Notes under the pieces: generated by a model
What the model saw: only the letters and a program-made list of their open reading frames with translations
Databases searched by the model: none
Told to the model about the DNA's origin: nothing
Position numbers and translations under genes: made by a program
Assembly (NCBI GenBank): GCA_964014485.1
Contig: CAXHAT010000034.1
Span: 1-49,215 of the forward strand
Direction: 5' to 3'
Length of the DNA: 49,215 bases
From: an uncultured Deferribacteres bacterium
Lineage (GTDB): Bacteria; Zhuqueibacterota; Zhuqueibacteria; Zhuqueibacterales; Geothermadaptataceae
Shown: piece by piece, positions 37,789 through 49,131 of the stretch
How the letters are laid out: every line of letters begins with the position of its first letter
Numbering within the stretch: position 1 is the stretch's first letter

Positions 37789-37923
37789 CTGTCGAAAAAG
37801 CGCCGAGTTGTCAAATTGTAAGCATCTTTTTTGATCTAACCTTTGAACTTGTGAGCGTAATCTGTATCGGGCGATAACAAAGATTCTTACAGAATGACAT
37901 GCAGACAGTTTTTCGACAATCTC
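37789..37923 (-). mobile_element. Element with the family A core but different ends (CTGTCGAAAAAG / TTTTTCGACAA)
   Basis: AGCATCTTTTTTGATC..TTGAACTT..GGGCGATAACAAAGATTCTT.CAGAATGAC core. Confidence 0.7.
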
Positions 37924-37976
37924 GAAGCGTTTGAGATGAAGTGGCGACCATAAATCGCCGCGCTCCGAAGCTTTGG

Positions 37977-39194
37977 TTATTCAGAGACCAAAACGCTCTC
38001 GATCATCTCCAACTTACCGTCAATGTTTTGGCGCGGAATAATCCCCAAAATCTTACAAAGCAACGGGTAAATATCGATGTTTCGCTGCGTGCCGGTTTTG
38101 AAGCCTTTCTTAAAGTTCGGCCCCGCCGCGTAAAAAATGCCGTGCATATCGATATGATTTGGATCGAAGCCGTGATGTCCTCTAATCGTAAGAGGGCCTC
38201 GGTTGGTGGTCAGGCTCCAGCCGAGATCGGCAAGCAGAATGATCGGCGGGATGAAAGGATGGCGGCTAAAATGGTAGTCTTTCGGCATGTTGTCGCGCGT
38301 TAAAACGCGAAAATATTTTGCATTTTTCCTAAGCGCTTGCGCCGTTTCTTCTACGCTCGCGTTTTTGGGCCTTAAAAACATGATTGGGCCGCTGTCAGTT
38401 ATCCGGCACTGAATCTCCCCTAAAAGCTCTTCCACATTGACAGACCGCGATGCGTCAATTTCGGCCATGCCATGATCGGATGTTATGACAATATTTGTTT
38501 TCGCGCTGATCCCAATTTTTTCAATTCCATCACGCAGATAGCCTAGCAAACTGTCAACTTGTGCAATCGCCGCTTCGGTTTCGGGGGCGTTCGGGCCAAA
38601 TTTGTGACCTTTGGAATCTACGGCGTCAAAATATAAGGTGATGAATCGAGGGCGTTTCCGTTCCGGCAATTTGAGCCATTCCAGAACGCCGTCAACGCGC
38701 TCTTTGTATGGACGCTCGTGCTCGTAGTGCTGAATATAAGTCGCTCGCCGGTGCCTGGCGCCAATCTCCGAGCCGGGCCAGAAGTAATTGGCGCAGATCA
38801 CTCCTTGCCGTTCGGCGGTTTCCCAAATGGCTTCTCCCTGGTACCAACGCGGATTGCGCACCGCGGCTGTATCGCGCAGGCTATATTTTTCGCCCGTCGC
38901 CGGATTTTCATAATTGTTCGCAATCAGCCCATGACTTTCGGCGTAGAGTCCGGTTACGGTCGAGTAATGATTTGGGAAAGTCTTGCTAGGAAAAACCGGT
39001 TTTAAGGAAAGCGCGGCAACGCCTTCAGCGGCCAGTTTTTCAAGGTTTGGTGATTTGCCTTTTTGGATGTAATCCCAGCGAAAGCCGTCGAAAGAAATGA
39101 GAATGACAATGTTTTTTTCAGAGGCGAGGCAAGCGGTCGGCGGTCCCCAAAAATTGAGCAGCGTAAGCGCAACGAGCAGGAAAGTTTTTTTCAT
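37977..39194 (-). CDS. Ectonucleotide pyrophosphatase/phosphodiesterase (alkaline phosphatase superfamily), secreted
   Basis: ISFDGFR, FPSKTFPNH, D..GH, TSDHGM, GHHG. Confidence 0.95.
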   Translation of the reverse strand: MKKTFLLVALTLLNFWGPPTACLASEKNIVILISFDGFRWDYIQKGKSPNLEKLAAEGVAALSLKPVFPSKTFPNHYSTVTGLYAESHGLIANNYENPATGEKYSLRDTAAVRNPRWYQGEAIWETAERQGVICANYFWPGSEIGARHRRATYIQHYEHERPYKERVDGVLEWLKLPERKRPRFITLYFDAVDSKGHKFGPNAPETEAAIAQVDSLLGYLRDGIEKIGISAKTNIVITSDHGMAEIDASRSVNVEELLGEIQCRITDSGPIMFLRPKNASVEETAQALRKNAKYFRVLTRDNMPKDYHFSRHPFIPPIILLADLGWSLTTNRGPLTIRGHHGFDPNHIDMHGIFYAAGPNFKKGFKTGTQRNIDIYPLLCKILGIIPRQNIDGKLEMIESVLVSE

Positions 39195-39215
39195 GAAGAT
39201 GGATCGCAGGAAAAT

Positions 39216-39845
39216 TTATTTCGATTTGGCGGGTTGGGGCAGGGAGTCAAAAATCTTTTCAACCTCGAGTTCAAAGCCGGGCAGCACTTCCGGCGCGGTA
39301 AGTACGTCGCGAACGCTATATTTTTGTTCCTTTGTACATACCCAAACCTCGCGGGTTTTTGAAACCACCAACCACACGATTTGAGCGCCTTGCTCAAGGT
39401 ATTCATCAACTTTGTCCAGCACTTTGAAAAGGTTGTCGGTTGGCGAGATAATTTCAATGGCCAAATCAGGAGCCATTGTCGGGAACTTATGCAAATCTTC
39501 CGGCATGCGTTCTTTTTTGACAAACGCAATATCAGGAATGCGAGACTCTCGTGAACGATCCGGCCAGAGTCGAAAATTTGTTTCCGGCATTACATAGCCA
39601 ACAGGATTCTTTTCGAGATAAACCGCTAATCGACCAGCCAGAAACAATTGAATTAAGCCATGTTCCGGATTTGCCATTTTATAAACAACCCTCCCATCGT
39701 AAAGCTCTGCATTGTACGGCAGCGACATTTGCTCCAATTCATCAACCGTCACATCCGTACGTTCTTCAATCGGCGTTTCCGCCGCCGCAGGAGCGGTCTC
39801 ACGCTTTTTTTCCGCGACGACGTTTGCTTGCATGACTTCAGCCAT
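39216..39845 (-). CDS. Uma2-family (DUF820) PD-(D/E)xK endonuclease
   Basis: EL.DG, H..I, R.PDIAF, PDLAIEIISP, K..EY...G; likely start ATG 39845. Confidence 0.9.
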   Translation of the reverse strand: MAEVMQANVVAEKKRETAPAAAETPIEERTDVTVDELEQMSLPYNAELYDGRVVYKMANPEHGLIQLFLAGRLAVYLEKNPVGYVMPETNFRLWPDRSRESRIPDIAFVKKERMPEDLHKFPTMAPDLAIEIISPTDNLFKVLDKVDEYLEQGAQIVWLVVSKTREVWVCTKEQKYSVRDVLTAPEVLPGFELEVEKIFDSLPQPAKSK

Positions 39846-39935
39846 TGGACTCTTTTGCTCCGACTTACGATCTCCAAATTTGCGTTTAAAATTATAACGG
39901 CTCAAGCCGAGAATTTCAAGGGTTTTATAGAAAGC

Positions 39936-39964
39936 AAAAAGGGCGACTACAATGTCGCCCTTTT
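39936..39964 (-). terminator. Intrinsic terminator after the TonB-dependent receptor (bidirectional-looking)
   Basis: AAAAA-GGGCGAC-tacaat-GTCGCCC-TTTT. Confidence 0.8.
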
Positions 39965-40017
39965 GAAAAAATACTTCGACGTCTAAAAATCGGCTTTAAC
40001 TCTAGCAGAGCCGCCTT

Positions 40018-42825
40018 TTAGAATCTGAGGCTCAAACCAACATTGAAGGTTCTCGGCAATCCAAAATAAACCTCGGCGTCATCAGCGTCATGGTCTCTGT
40101 CGAAAGCGTTGAACTGGCTGTTATCGACGGCGTCCTGGATGTAGGTTTCGTCGAGCAGGTTGAAAACATTCACGAACAGAAACGGTCTGGCGCTGCCAAA
40201 ATTCAGGGGTAAGTCATAGGATGCGTGCAGATCGACGAGACTGTAGTTTGGAGCTCTCCAACTCTGAACTCTGTCGTCCGGGCTGGTTCTGCTGAAAGGA
40301 TTGAAATCAGCGTAGTGGTCGCGATAATGCTTCACAACGCCCTGTAATCTGAGACCGTCAACCGGGAAAATGCTGCCGGAGAAGGCAAATTGCGTCTGCG
40401 GCGCGTCGCCCACTTTCAGGTCTTTCAAGTAGAACGTATAATTGGCGTCTTGCCCCTGTCCCGGGACGCGAGAAACGCCGGGAGCGTCGTTGGTGTAAAC
40501 CCAATCGGCGAAAGTGATCGCTGCATCAAGGCGGAAGGTCGTCGCTGGTTGATATGCAGCTTCAAACTCGACGCCGGAGTGATCTGCGTCAACGCCGCGC
40601 AAGAAAACGAGCACTTCGTCGCCGGTGTCTAATTCGAATTCCGTTTCCTTGAAGGTCCTGTTTCGCCACGAGGTGTAGTAGTAGTTGGCCTTCAAGGTCA
40701 GATTGCGGTTGTTCGTGGTGTAGGCGATCCCGCCCTCGTAAGATGAGAATTCCTGGTTTTCAACTTCTTCGTTTTTCACGCCGGAAACGTCGTCGATAAC
40801 GTCGTCAAAAATAGGCACTTTTGAGACGAAGCCGAGGTTGCCGTAGACGTGGAAATTGTTGTTCAGACGATAGCTCGCGCCGCCCTTAATCTGGTAACCG
40901 TTGATGTTGTCCGACTCTGAGGTAATTTCATTACCTGAAGCGTCCGCGTTGAAATGGTTGGTGTAGCCATACTTGATCGTTGAAAATCCGCCCATACCGT
41001 AAGCGGAGAGCGATCCCTTCGAGTATTCGCCTTGACCAAAAAAGCCGAGCCAGTCGACCGTATTGGTAAAATGGTAATCTACGATATCGCCCAGGCCGCG
41101 ACGATACTCAGACTCAGACCAAAAATCGCTGACCGGCTCTCTGACGCCTGGGTGGTTCGGAACGAAAAAACTTCCGCCCAAAAGGTCGCGCACTTCGCGG
41201 AAATGGTCGATTTCCGCCGTCCGCCAATCAATACCCGCAGTGAATTTGAAAGCGTCGCTAACCGAATATTGCGCCTTGGAAATCGCGCCGATTGTCCATT
41301 GGTTGTTGCGGCTGTTTCTCAAAATCCCAAGAGATTGGCCGGATTCTTTTTCGTATCTGCGACTGTCAATATGCGCAACCGTAGAATCGCGGTTGACGGC
41401 AATCGTGGCGTCCCAATTCCAGGACCAGGGAGAACCGAAGAAAAAGAACCTGCCGGAACTTTGGTCAAACGGGCCTTCGAAAGAGTTGCGAACCAGGTCG
41501 CCGTAAGTACCCGTGCCGCCGCCGCGACCGCCGGAATAGTAGAAAATCGAATAGAGGTTCAGACGGTTGCTTAATTGTGAAAACCAGTTCAGGTTGACTT
41601 GCGGCTTGTGAAAGAAATTTTCGCGTTCCATCATGACATTACGGTCAAAACGCGAATCCAAGCCGCCGCCCATCAGGAAGAATGGTCCGCCAAGATTGCC
41701 CAAGTACTGTTGCCCTGTGTAAGATTCGCTTACCGGGCCCCAGTTTTGATTATAGTGACGACCGGCCTCGTTGAATTTATCAAAAGCGGCGGCATCGTAA
41801 TCATCCAAACCCTCGGCGAACGAACGATCATACGTGCCGATATTTTGGCGATAGAGGTTCTGACCGTGGCGCTGCGGCGCGCCGATAGCGTAGAGTTCAA
41901 GACGGTTGTTACGGTTGATGTTGTAGCTGGCGCCGGCGTAGTACGCCCAGGCATCCGTCCAGGTCTGGTCGATTAAACCATTGCCGCGCTTACGCACGAG
42001 ATTAGCGCTGAAAGCGAATTTGTCGCCGAGCAAGCCGGTGTTATAACTAACGGTCGTTTTCCAGAATCCGTCATTGCCGAATTCCTGCTTGTAGAGACCG
42101 CCAGCTTCAAGCGAGGTCGGGTCAGTGATAATATTCATCGTCCCGCCGATGGAAGGCGTTGCCAAATTGACGGCGCTGAGACCGCGCTGCACCTGGATCG
42201 AACGCGTGGCGTCACCAACACCGTCCCAATTTGACCAATAAACCCAGCCGTTTTCCATATCATTGACCGGAACGCCGTTGATCATGATTGCCACGTTGCG
42301 TTGGTTGAAACCGCGCACGTTAACGCGAGCATCGCCTGCGCCGCCGCCGCCGGCAGTCGCATAAACGCTTGGCGTTGTGTTAAGAACAAGCGGGATATCA
42401 CGGGAGCCGAGCTGCTTGCTCAACTGTTCTTTGTCAACATTGGAAAAAGCGACCGGCGTTTCGCGATCGATCGCGCGGTTCGCCGTGACTTCCAGTCCTT
42501 CGCTGAAAATCGTTTGTTGAGTAAGAGAAAAGTTTGCTGTCGCAGTGCTGTTATTGGTTACGTTTACCTTCTGCTTGCCAATTTCAAAGCCAATAAATGT
42601 GGCTTTTACAGTGTACGAACCATCAGGCACGTTTTCGATAGTGAAATTCCCGTCTGCATCGGCGGCGGAACCAAGAGAAGTTCCGACAACAGTAACGTTA
42701 GCGCCGGCGAGCCCTTCGCCGGACTGAGAGTCAGTCACCTTGCCGGTAATCGTTCCCATTGCCAAAGCGAGACCGGGAAGCAGCGCCAAGCTAAGAACAA
42801 GTACAAAACGTTTCAATTGTGTCAT
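40018..42825 (-). CDS. TonB-dependent receptor with N-terminal carboxypeptidase-like domain
   Basis: signal peptide, G.ITGKV.D...GE.L.GAN, plug RGF.Q.N.A.MING.P, barrel ending GLSLRF. Confidence 0.95.
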   Translation of the reverse strand: MTQLKRFVLVLSLALLPGLALAMGTITGKVTDSQSGEGLAGANVTVVGTSLGSAADADGNFTIENVPDGSYTVKATFIGFEIGKQKVNVTNNSTATANFSLTQQTIFSEGLEVTANRAIDRETPVAFSNVDKEQLSKQLGSRDIPLVLNTTPSVYATAGGGGAGDARVNVRGFNQRNVAIMINGVPVNDMENGWVYWSNWDGVGDATRSIQVQRGLSAVNLATPSIGGTMNIITDPTSLEAGGLYKQEFGNDGFWKTTVSYNTGLLGDKFAFSANLVRKRGNGLIDQTWTDAWAYYAGASYNINRNNRLELYAIGAPQRHGQNLYRQNIGTYDRSFAEGLDDYDAAAFDKFNEAGRHYNQNWGPVSESYTGQQYLGNLGGPFFLMGGGLDSRFDRNVMMERENFFHKPQVNLNWFSQLSNRLNLYSIFYYSGGRGGGTGTYGDLVRNSFEGPFDQSSGRFFFFGSPWSWNWDATIAVNRDSTVAHIDSRRYEKESGQSLGILRNSRNNQWTIGAISKAQYSVSDAFKFTAGIDWRTAEIDHFREVRDLLGGSFFVPNHPGVREPVSDFWSESEYRRGLGDIVDYHFTNTVDWLGFFGQGEYSKGSLSAYGMGGFSTIKYGYTNHFNADASGNEITSESDNINGYQIKGGASYRLNNNFHVYGNLGFVSKVPIFDDVIDDVSGVKNEEVENQEFSSYEGGIAYTTNNRNLTLKANYYYTSWRNRTFKETEFELDTGDEVLVFLRGVDADHSGVEFEAAYQPATTFRLDAAITFADWVYTNDAPGVSRVPGQGQDANYTFYLKDLKVGDAPQTQFAFSGSIFPVDGLRLQGVVKHYRDHYADFNPFSRTSPDDRVQSWRAPNYSLVDLHASYDLPLNFGSARPFLFVNVFNLLDETYIQDAVDNSQFNAFDRDHDADDAEVYFGLPRTFNVGLSLRF

Positions 42826-43144
42826 TTGACACCCTCCAAAAAATTGAACATAAAAACGAACATCCTGATATTTTTATCCTATTAGGCGGCGAGGTTTTAA
42901 AGGCATGTTTCATTGCTGAAACATATCGATAAAACCGGGCGAAAATAACCGATCACTTATAGAAATGCAAGCAAAAATCTATGCCGAACGCTTCTATTCT
43001 TAAAGCGTCAATTTTAAGAGCAGACAGATATAAAAACGAAATGTGAAGAGAGGATAAATCAGAAGTGAAATCGCGATAAATACAATGATCGCTCCATGAA
43101 AGTCTCAAAAGGCGGGCTCGAACGCAGCGGATGCACCCGAATGC

Positions 43145-43597
43145 CTACGGCAGGTTGTCCACGTCAGCAATATCCTGGGGGCGGGCGCTGACGCGTTTAT
43201 TTTTCTTTAGATTCTCAACGTCAATAAAGTTGACGATGACGCCGTCAATATCGACGGCGACTTTTGACTTATAACACTTGTCAAAATTTACGCCGGGAAT
43301 TGTCGTGATCAAGTCGATCCGGCGAGGCGGACGGCCAAGTTGCACAACCTGATCGGGTGTTGTAAAATCGGCGGTTTGAAAATCGAGCGAACCGAAGCCG
43401 AAGGCGTCGAGCGCTTTGATCACGCTTTCGGCATTTTCTTCACTTATATCCAACCAAATGTCGAGATCTTTGGTATATCGGGGATGTCCGTGCAAAGCGA
43501 CGGCATAGCCGCCGACAACCAGGTAGCGGACTTCATTTTCGTTTAATAACGCGATAAACTCTTTGAAGTCTTGGTTCAGCTCCGGGTTTCCAGCCAT
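43145..43597 (-). CDS. Nucleotidyltransferase-fold protein (DUF6036-like), putative TA component
   Basis: YLVVGGYAV..HG.PRYTKDLD, RIDL, K....R.QD..D. Confidence 0.85.
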   Translation of the reverse strand: MAGNPELNQDFKEFIALLNENEVRYLVVGGYAVALHGHPRYTKDLDIWLDISEENAESVIKALDAFGFGSLDFQTADFTTPDQVVQLGRPPRRIDLITTIPGVNFDKCYKSKVAVDIDGVIVNFIDVENLKKNKRVSARPQDIADVDNLP

Positions 43598-43724
43598 GGT
43601 GCTCACGAATGATCTCCTCCACAGCCGCCAGACGCGCTTGGTACGGCTGCGTCACCCAGTATTCATATTCTTTCGGCTGTTCGTTCAAATGATATTTTTT
43701 GACGATTTTTTCGAATTTGCGCAT
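43533..43724 (-). CDS. Small partner protein of the nucleotidyltransferase
   Basis: EYW...P...RL.A.E..........RLQRVYRVIK; overlaps the start of the downstream gene. Confidence 0.7.
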   Translation of the reverse strand: MRKFEKIVKKYHLNEQPKEYEYWVTQPYQARLAAVEEIIREHHGWKPGAEPRLQRVYRVIKRK

Positions 43725-43744
43725 TGTTCAATCCGTTTTATTCA

Positions 43745-43960
43745 CTACCTGACACTTTTTGTATAGCCTTCCAAGATTGGCGAAAAAGGCCGGATTTGTC
43801 ATGCCGTAAGCATCTTTTTTGATCCAATCCTTGAACTTTCAGGCATGATCCGTACTGGGCGATAACAAAGATTTTGCTTCGCCGGCCTTTGGCTCTGCAG
43901 AATGACAAAACTGGACCTTTCAACGGCTCGAAAAGGCGGTTTACAAAAAGTGCCAGGTAG
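43745..43960 (-). mobile_element. MITE family A copy 4 (with ~20-bp internal insertion)
   Basis: same TIRs and core; extra GCTTCGCCGGCCTTTGGCTC segment. Confidence 0.88.
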
Positions 43961-44165
43961 AGAGTCCGTTTTATAAAAATTAAATATAGTCAAAACGGTA
44001 TTGAGACAAAAGCGAATCCTACTCTTCACGCTCGTTCTCCATTACGCCTGCCAGTTGCGAATCAAAATGGATAGAAGGGTTTCTTCTTGTGCCATGATCG
44101 TCGTTTGAATATATTATTTGTCTGACTTTTCACAGAGATGTTGAAATTTAAACCGGCAGGTCAAA

Positions 44166-47100
44166 ATGAATCAAACCACCCCATATATCCCCAAAAACAA
44201 GATCCGCATCGTCACCGCAGCTTCGCTTTTTGACGGCCATGACGCGGCGATTAACATCATGCGCCGAATCATCCAGGCCACAGGCGTCGAAGTCATCCAT
44301 CTTGGCCATGATCGAGCGGTTGAAGAAGTGGTTGACGTTGCGATACAGGAGGATGTTCAGGGAATCGCCATAACTTCCTACCAGGGCGGGCACATCGAAT
44401 ATTTTAAATATATGTTTGATTTGCTGCAGCAGCGCCATGCAGGGCAGATTAAAATTTTTGGCGGGGGCGGCGGAGTGATTTTGCCCGAGGAAATCAAGGA
44501 ATTGCACAAGTATGGCGTCGCCCGCATCTATTCGCCGGACGACGGGCGGGAATTGGGCTTGCAAGGCATGATCAACGATTTGGTGCAAAAGTGCGATTTT
44601 CCGACTGGCGTTAATCTCAACGGTGAAGCGACTGACGTAACCGCCAAAGACCCGCTCGCCATTGCCCGACTCATCTCAGCGGCGGAAAATCATTTGGACC
44701 AATCGCAAGGGGCGCTTGAGCAAATTCACACGCAGGCAAAAGCGGTCAAAACGCCGATTCTTGGCATTACGGGAACGGGCGGCGCTGGAAAATCTTCCTT
44801 GATCGACGAGCTCGTCCGCAGATTCCTGATCGATTTTCAAAATAAGACAATGGCGATCATTTCCGTCGATCCATCAAAACGTAAAACCGGCGGCGCTTTG
44901 TTGGGCGACCGCATTCGGATGAACGCGATTCGCAACAAGCGCGTTTATATGCGCTCGCTCGCCACACGTCAATCCAATCTCGCGCTTTCGGCCCACGTCG
45001 CGGAAGCGCTGCAAATTCTCAAAGCGGCCAAATTCGATTTCATCATTCTCGAAACGTCAGGCATCGGTCAATCGGACACCGAAATCGTTGATCATTCTGA
45101 CGTCAGCCTCTATGTGATGACGCCGGAATTCGGCGCGGCGACGCAGCTCGAGAAGATCGACATGCTCGACTACGCGGATTTGGTTGCGATTAACAAATTC
45201 GACAAACGCGGCGCTCTCGACGCTATCCGCGACGTAAAAAAACAATACAAACGCAACCATCAGCTTTGGGCCGCAAAGGACGACGAGCTTCCGGTTTACG
45301 GCACAATCGCTTCGCAATTCAACGATCCGGGAATGAATGCTCTTTATCGGGCGGTCATGGACAAAATCGTCGCACAAACCGGCGCCAAACTCAATTCAAG
45401 CTTTGAGCTGACCAAAGCATTGTCGGAAAAAATCTACGTCATTCCGCCAGGCCGCGTACGCTATCTTTCCGAAATCGCCGACAACAACCGCGCATATGAC
45501 CGCTGGGTCGAAAAACAAAAAAACGTAGCCCAAAAGCTCTACAGCCTAAACAAATCGATTGAAATTCTACGAGAAAATGAGAACCCCGAGACGCAAGCCG
45601 CCGTCGCCCAACTCGAAATCGCCCGTGAGAAAGCCGCGACGGAACTTCACCCCGCCAGCAGGCAAATTCTAAAAGGCTGGCAAGAGAAAAAAGCGCGCTA
45701 CAAAGACCCTGTCTATCGCTTCAAAGTACGTGACAAAGAAATTAAAATAGAGACGCACACCGAAAGCTTGTCATTTACACAAGTTCCGAAAATCACACTG
45801 CCGCGCTATGAGGCCTGGGGCGACGTTTTGCAGTGGAATTTGCAGGAAAACGTCCCCGGCGAGTTTCCCTTCACAAGCGGCCTTTTCCCGTTCAAGCGCC
45901 AGGGCGAAGACCCGACGCGCATGTTTGCCGGAGAAGGCGGCCCGGAACGCACGAATCAGCGTTTTCACTACGTCAGCAAGGCCATGCCCGCCAAACGGCT
46001 CTCCACCGCTTTTGATTCGGTCACGCTTTACGGCAGCGACCCGGATCATCGTCCGGACATTTATGGCAAAGTCGGCAATTCCGGCGTGTCTATTTGCTGC
46101 CTTGACGATGCGAAAAAACTTTATTCCGGCTTCAATCTCACTGATCCCAAGACTTCCGTTTCAATGACCATTAACGGCCCGGCTCCGATGCTGCTTGGCT
46201 TTTTTCTCAACGCCGCGATTGATCAACAATGCGAAATTTACATCAGAGAAAACGGCCTGTCAGATAAAGTTGAGCAAAAGATTGCGACGTTTTACAAAGA
46301 AAAACCAGAACCGCGCCCTGCGTATCAAGGCGACCTCCCCGAAGGAAACGACGGTCTTGGGTTGATGTTGCTCGGAATCACAGGCGACCAGGTTTTGCCC
46401 CGCGACATTTACGAAAACATTAAAGCCAAAACGCTCAACCAGGTGCGAGGCACGGTTCAGGCGGATATTTTAAAGGAAGACCAGGCGCAAAACACCTGCA
46501 TTTTTTCGACGGAATTCGCGCTTCGCCTGATGGGCGACGTCCAGCAATATTTCATCGATCAGAATGTGCGCAATTTTTATTCAGTGTCGATCTCCGGCTA
46601 CCACATTGCCGAAGCCGGCGCGAATCCAATCACTCAGCTCGCGCTGACATTGGCGAACGGATTCACTTATGTGGAATACTATCTCAGCCGGGGCATGGAC
46701 ATTGATAAATTCGGCCCCAATCTGTCGTTTTTCTTTTCAAACGGCGTCGACCCCGAGTACGCGGTGGTTGGACGCGCGGCGCGGCGCATTTGGGCGAAGG
46801 CGATGAAGCATCACTACAACGCAAGCGACCGCGCGCAAAAGTTGAAATACCATATTCAAACTTCCGGGCGTTCTTTGCACGCACAGGAAATCGATTTTAA
46901 CGATATTCGCACAACTTTGCAGGCGCTGTACGCGATTTACGACAATTGCAATTCGCTGCACACCAACGCATACGACGAAGCGATTACCACGCCGACGGAA
47001 GCGTCCGTGCGTCGTGCAATGGCGATTCAACTCATTATAAACAAAGAGTTAGGACTGGCAAAAAACGAAAACCCGATGGCGGGCTCTTTCATCATCGAAG

Positions 47101-47546
47101 AATTAACCGACCTGGTTGAGGAGGCGGTGCTTGCGGAATTTGACCGTCTAACGGAACGCGGCGGCGTGCTCGGCGCGATGGAGACAATGTACCAGCGCAG
47201 CAAAATCCAGGAAGAGAGTCTGCACTATGAAACGCTGAAGCACTCCGGCGACTATCCGATTATCGGCGTGAACACATTTTTGAATGAAAAAGGTTCTCCG
47301 ACGATCATCCCGCAAGAAGTGATTCGCGCGACGAAGGAAGAAAAAGAATATCAGATTTCAATGCTCAAGAATCTTCATGCCAACAACGATGAAAAAGCAA
47401 CCAATGCATTGCAAAACATTCAACGTGCGGCTCTGCAAAACCAAAACGTTTTTGAAGCATTAATGGAAGCGTGCAAAGTCTGTTCTTTGGGCCAAATTAC
47501 GACCGCGCTTTTTGAAGTGGGGGGACAATATCGCAGGAATATGTAG
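44166..47546 (+). CDS. icmF: Fused isobutyryl-CoA mutase / MeaB-like GTPase (IcmF)
   Basis: B12-binding DGHD N-terminus, GTGGAGKSS GTPase, [19 protein letters not shown]. Confidence 0.95.
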   Translation: MNQTTPYIPKNKIRIVTAASLFDGHDAAINIMRRIIQATGVEVIHLGHDRAVEEVVDVAIQEDVQGIAITSYQGGHIEYFKYMFDLLQQRHAGQIKIFGGGGGVILPEEIKELHKYGVARIYSPDDGRELGLQGMINDLVQKCDFPTGVNLNGEATDVTAKDPLAIARLISAAENHLDQSQGALEQIHTQAKAVKTPILGITGTGGAGKSSLIDELVRRFLIDFQNKTMAIISVDPSKRKTGGALLGDRIRMNAIRNKRVYMRSLATRQSNLALSAHVAEALQILKAAKFDFIILETSGIGQSDTEIVDHSDVSLYVMTPEFGAATQLEKIDMLDYADLVAINKFDKRGALDAIRDVKKQYKRNHQLWAAKDDELPVYGTIASQFNDPGMNALYRAVMDKIVAQTGAKLNSSFELTKALSEKIYVIPPGRVRYLSEIADNNRAYDRWVEKQKNVAQKLYSLNKSIEILRENENPETQAAVAQLEIAREKAATELHPASRQILKGWQEKKARYKDPVYRFKVRDKEIKIETHTESLSFTQVPKITLPRYEAWGDVLQWNLQENVPGEFPFTSGLFPFKRQGEDPTRMFAGEGGPERTNQRFHYVSKAMPAKRLSTAFDSVTLYGSDPDHRPDIYGKVGNSGVSICCLDDAKKLYSGFNLTDPKTSVSMTINGPAPMLLGFFLNAAIDQQCEIYIRENGLSDKVEQKIATFYKEKPEPRPAYQGDLPEGNDGLGLMLLGITGDQVLPRDIYENIKAKTLNQVRGTVQADILKEDQAQNTCIFSTEFALRLMGDVQQYFIDQNVRNFYSVSISGYHIAEAGANPITQLALTLANGFTYVEYYLSRGMDIDKFGPNLSFFFSNGVDPEYAVVGRAARRIWAKAMKHHYNASDRAQKLKYHIQTSGRSLHAQEIDFNDIRTTLQALYAIYDNCNSLHTNAYDEAITTPTEASVRRAMAIQLIINKELGLAKNENPMAGSFIIEELTDLVEEAVLAEFDRLTERGGVLGAMETMYQRSKIQEESLHYETLKHSGDYPIIGVNTFLNEKGSPTIIPQEVIRATKEEKEYQISMLKNLHANNDEKATNALQNIQRAALQNQNVFEALMEACKVCSLGQITTALFEVGGQYRRNM

Positions 47547-47582
47547 GATCAGGCGGGGCAGCCATCTTGTGCTTGTAGAGAA

Positions 47583-48626
47583 TTATTCCAAGTCAAAAGT
47601 AAGATCAGAAGCGTCTTCGCCTTCCAAGTAGTCGGCAAATTCACTCGCATAAAACGGCGTTTGAATAAAGCCGATTGAACCCCATCCCCCAAAAACGGCA
47701 AGCTGACCGTGCTCGGGATTCCTGCCCAAAATCGGTTGATTATCCTTCGTTTTTGGACGTATTCCCGCCGCGTGACTGACTATTTCAAAAGGCGTGAGCA
47801 TAATTCGTTCGAGCCGCCGAATGAGTTCATTTCGACCGTCTTCCGTCGGCGCAATCGTCAAGTCTTCCATGTCAAACGTCGCTCCAGCCCTGTACTCGCC
47901 GTTGCCTACGGGAATGATCATGAGGCTTTTGTTGATCATGAATCCGGGGTCAAAATCTTCAAACTTCACCGTAAGCCACTCGCCCTTCATCGGCGTATGC
48001 GGGAGCCAATCGAAAAACGGGTTTTGGTAAACGCGGTAGCCTTCGCAGAAAACAATGGTTTTGGCCGTTTTGTCGCCGTATCTCACGCCGTTTCCTGTGA
48101 TCTTCAACTGATCGTATTCAAAAGCAGCTTCACAAGGCGCGGCGTTTTGCTCGAGCCATGCGCGGTAGCGCGGCAGCATCGATTGGCCGTCCATGTAGAA
48201 CGTGCCCGCGATTCTAATTCCGCCAAGCTCGCAGGCAATTTTATCAAAACTGTTCGGCGCAACTTCTCCTTTGAAGTATTGTGCGTACGCATGATCATCC
48301 TTTTTGCGCTCCCAATTTCTGCGTTGCTTTGCGTCCAAAAAGAAACGGATTTGATCGATGTCACGACAAAATTCACACCCGAGTAAATCTTCAAGACGCT
48401 TATAAGTTTCCCGCGCAAAAGGAAAGACCGCCGCATTTTCCGACGCCAACTTTAGATTACGTCCGCGAACGGGATTGCAAACGCCCAACGCATTTGTTGA
48501 CGCCGATGTGTGATGCCCGTCATCGAAAACGAGCACGCTTTTGCCCTTTTGCAGCAGGAAATATGAAAGCATCGTTCCTGCAATGCCTTGCCCCACAATG
48601 AAGTAATCAAAAATTGTTTTTGCCAT
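47583..48626 (-). CDS. FAD-dependent oxidoreductase (DAO family)
   Basis: IVGQGIAG, KGE.L, GATF, AGIRP...D..P.LG. Confidence 0.9.
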   Translation of the reverse strand: MAKTIFDYFIVGQGIAGTMLSYFLLQKGKSVLVFDDGHHTSASTNALGVCNPVRGRNLKLASENAAVFPFARETYKRLEDLLGCEFCRDIDQIRFFLDAKQRRNWERKKDDHAYAQYFKGEVAPNSFDKIACELGGIRIAGTFYMDGQSMLPRYRAWLEQNAAPCEAAFEYDQLKITGNGVRYGDKTAKTIVFCEGYRVYQNPFFDWLPHTPMKGEWLTVKFEDFDPGFMINKSLMIIPVGNGEYRAGATFDMEDLTIAPTEDGRNELIRRLERIMLTPFEIVSHAAGIRPKTKDNQPILGRNPEHGQLAVFGGWGSIGFIQTPFYASEFADYLEGEDASDLTFDLE

Positions 48627-48631
48627 TGCCG

Positions 48632-48886
48632 CTATCGTGTATTGTTTTTCGAAGATTTAAACCGAAAGATGACAGGAATGCCCACCCGAACTTTTTCAGG
48701 ATTTCCTTTTTGTATTGCCAGCTTCCAGCGTATCGATCGTACAGCGTCAATTGCTGACTGATCAAGATCGGGATGGACGGATCTTGGTATTCTTGTTTCC
48801 AAAATTCGCCCCTTTTCATCGACAAGTACATTGACGATGACAGTGCCTTCAAAGCCGCCTTTGCGAGCAGAGTCTGGATATTTCAG
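48632..48886 (-). pseudogene. TonB C-terminal domain fragment
   Basis: LKYPDSARKGGFEGTVIVNVLVDEKG...DLDQSAIDAVR..RW..A.QKG.PEKVRVGIPVIFR; in-frame stop just upstream and no standard start codon. Confidence 0.7.
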
Positions 48887-49131
48887 GTCTGAATTTTACT
48901 TTTCTACCGACACGTTGCATCAGCAGCGTTCCCGCCCGCTCTTTTCATAGATCAGTTTTGTGCAAAAAATGAAATAATCTTTGAAAATGCCGAAACACGT
49001 GCAAGTGATACATCAAGCACTTCCAAGAATCAAGGGATTTTGCTCGCTTCATCTAACACCTTCTGCATAAACTCCGCCCGAAAGGATTCCGTTGGCGAAT
49101 TCCAGTTCGTTCAGTCCTGACTGCCCGGACG

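Noticed and set aside
42826..44165. Cobalamin riboswitch near the TonB receptor or icmF
   Set aside because: No recognisable B12-box elements seen
48607..48852. 81-aa ORF in the track
   Set aside because: Wrong frame; the overlapping frame encodes a TonB C-terminal fragment
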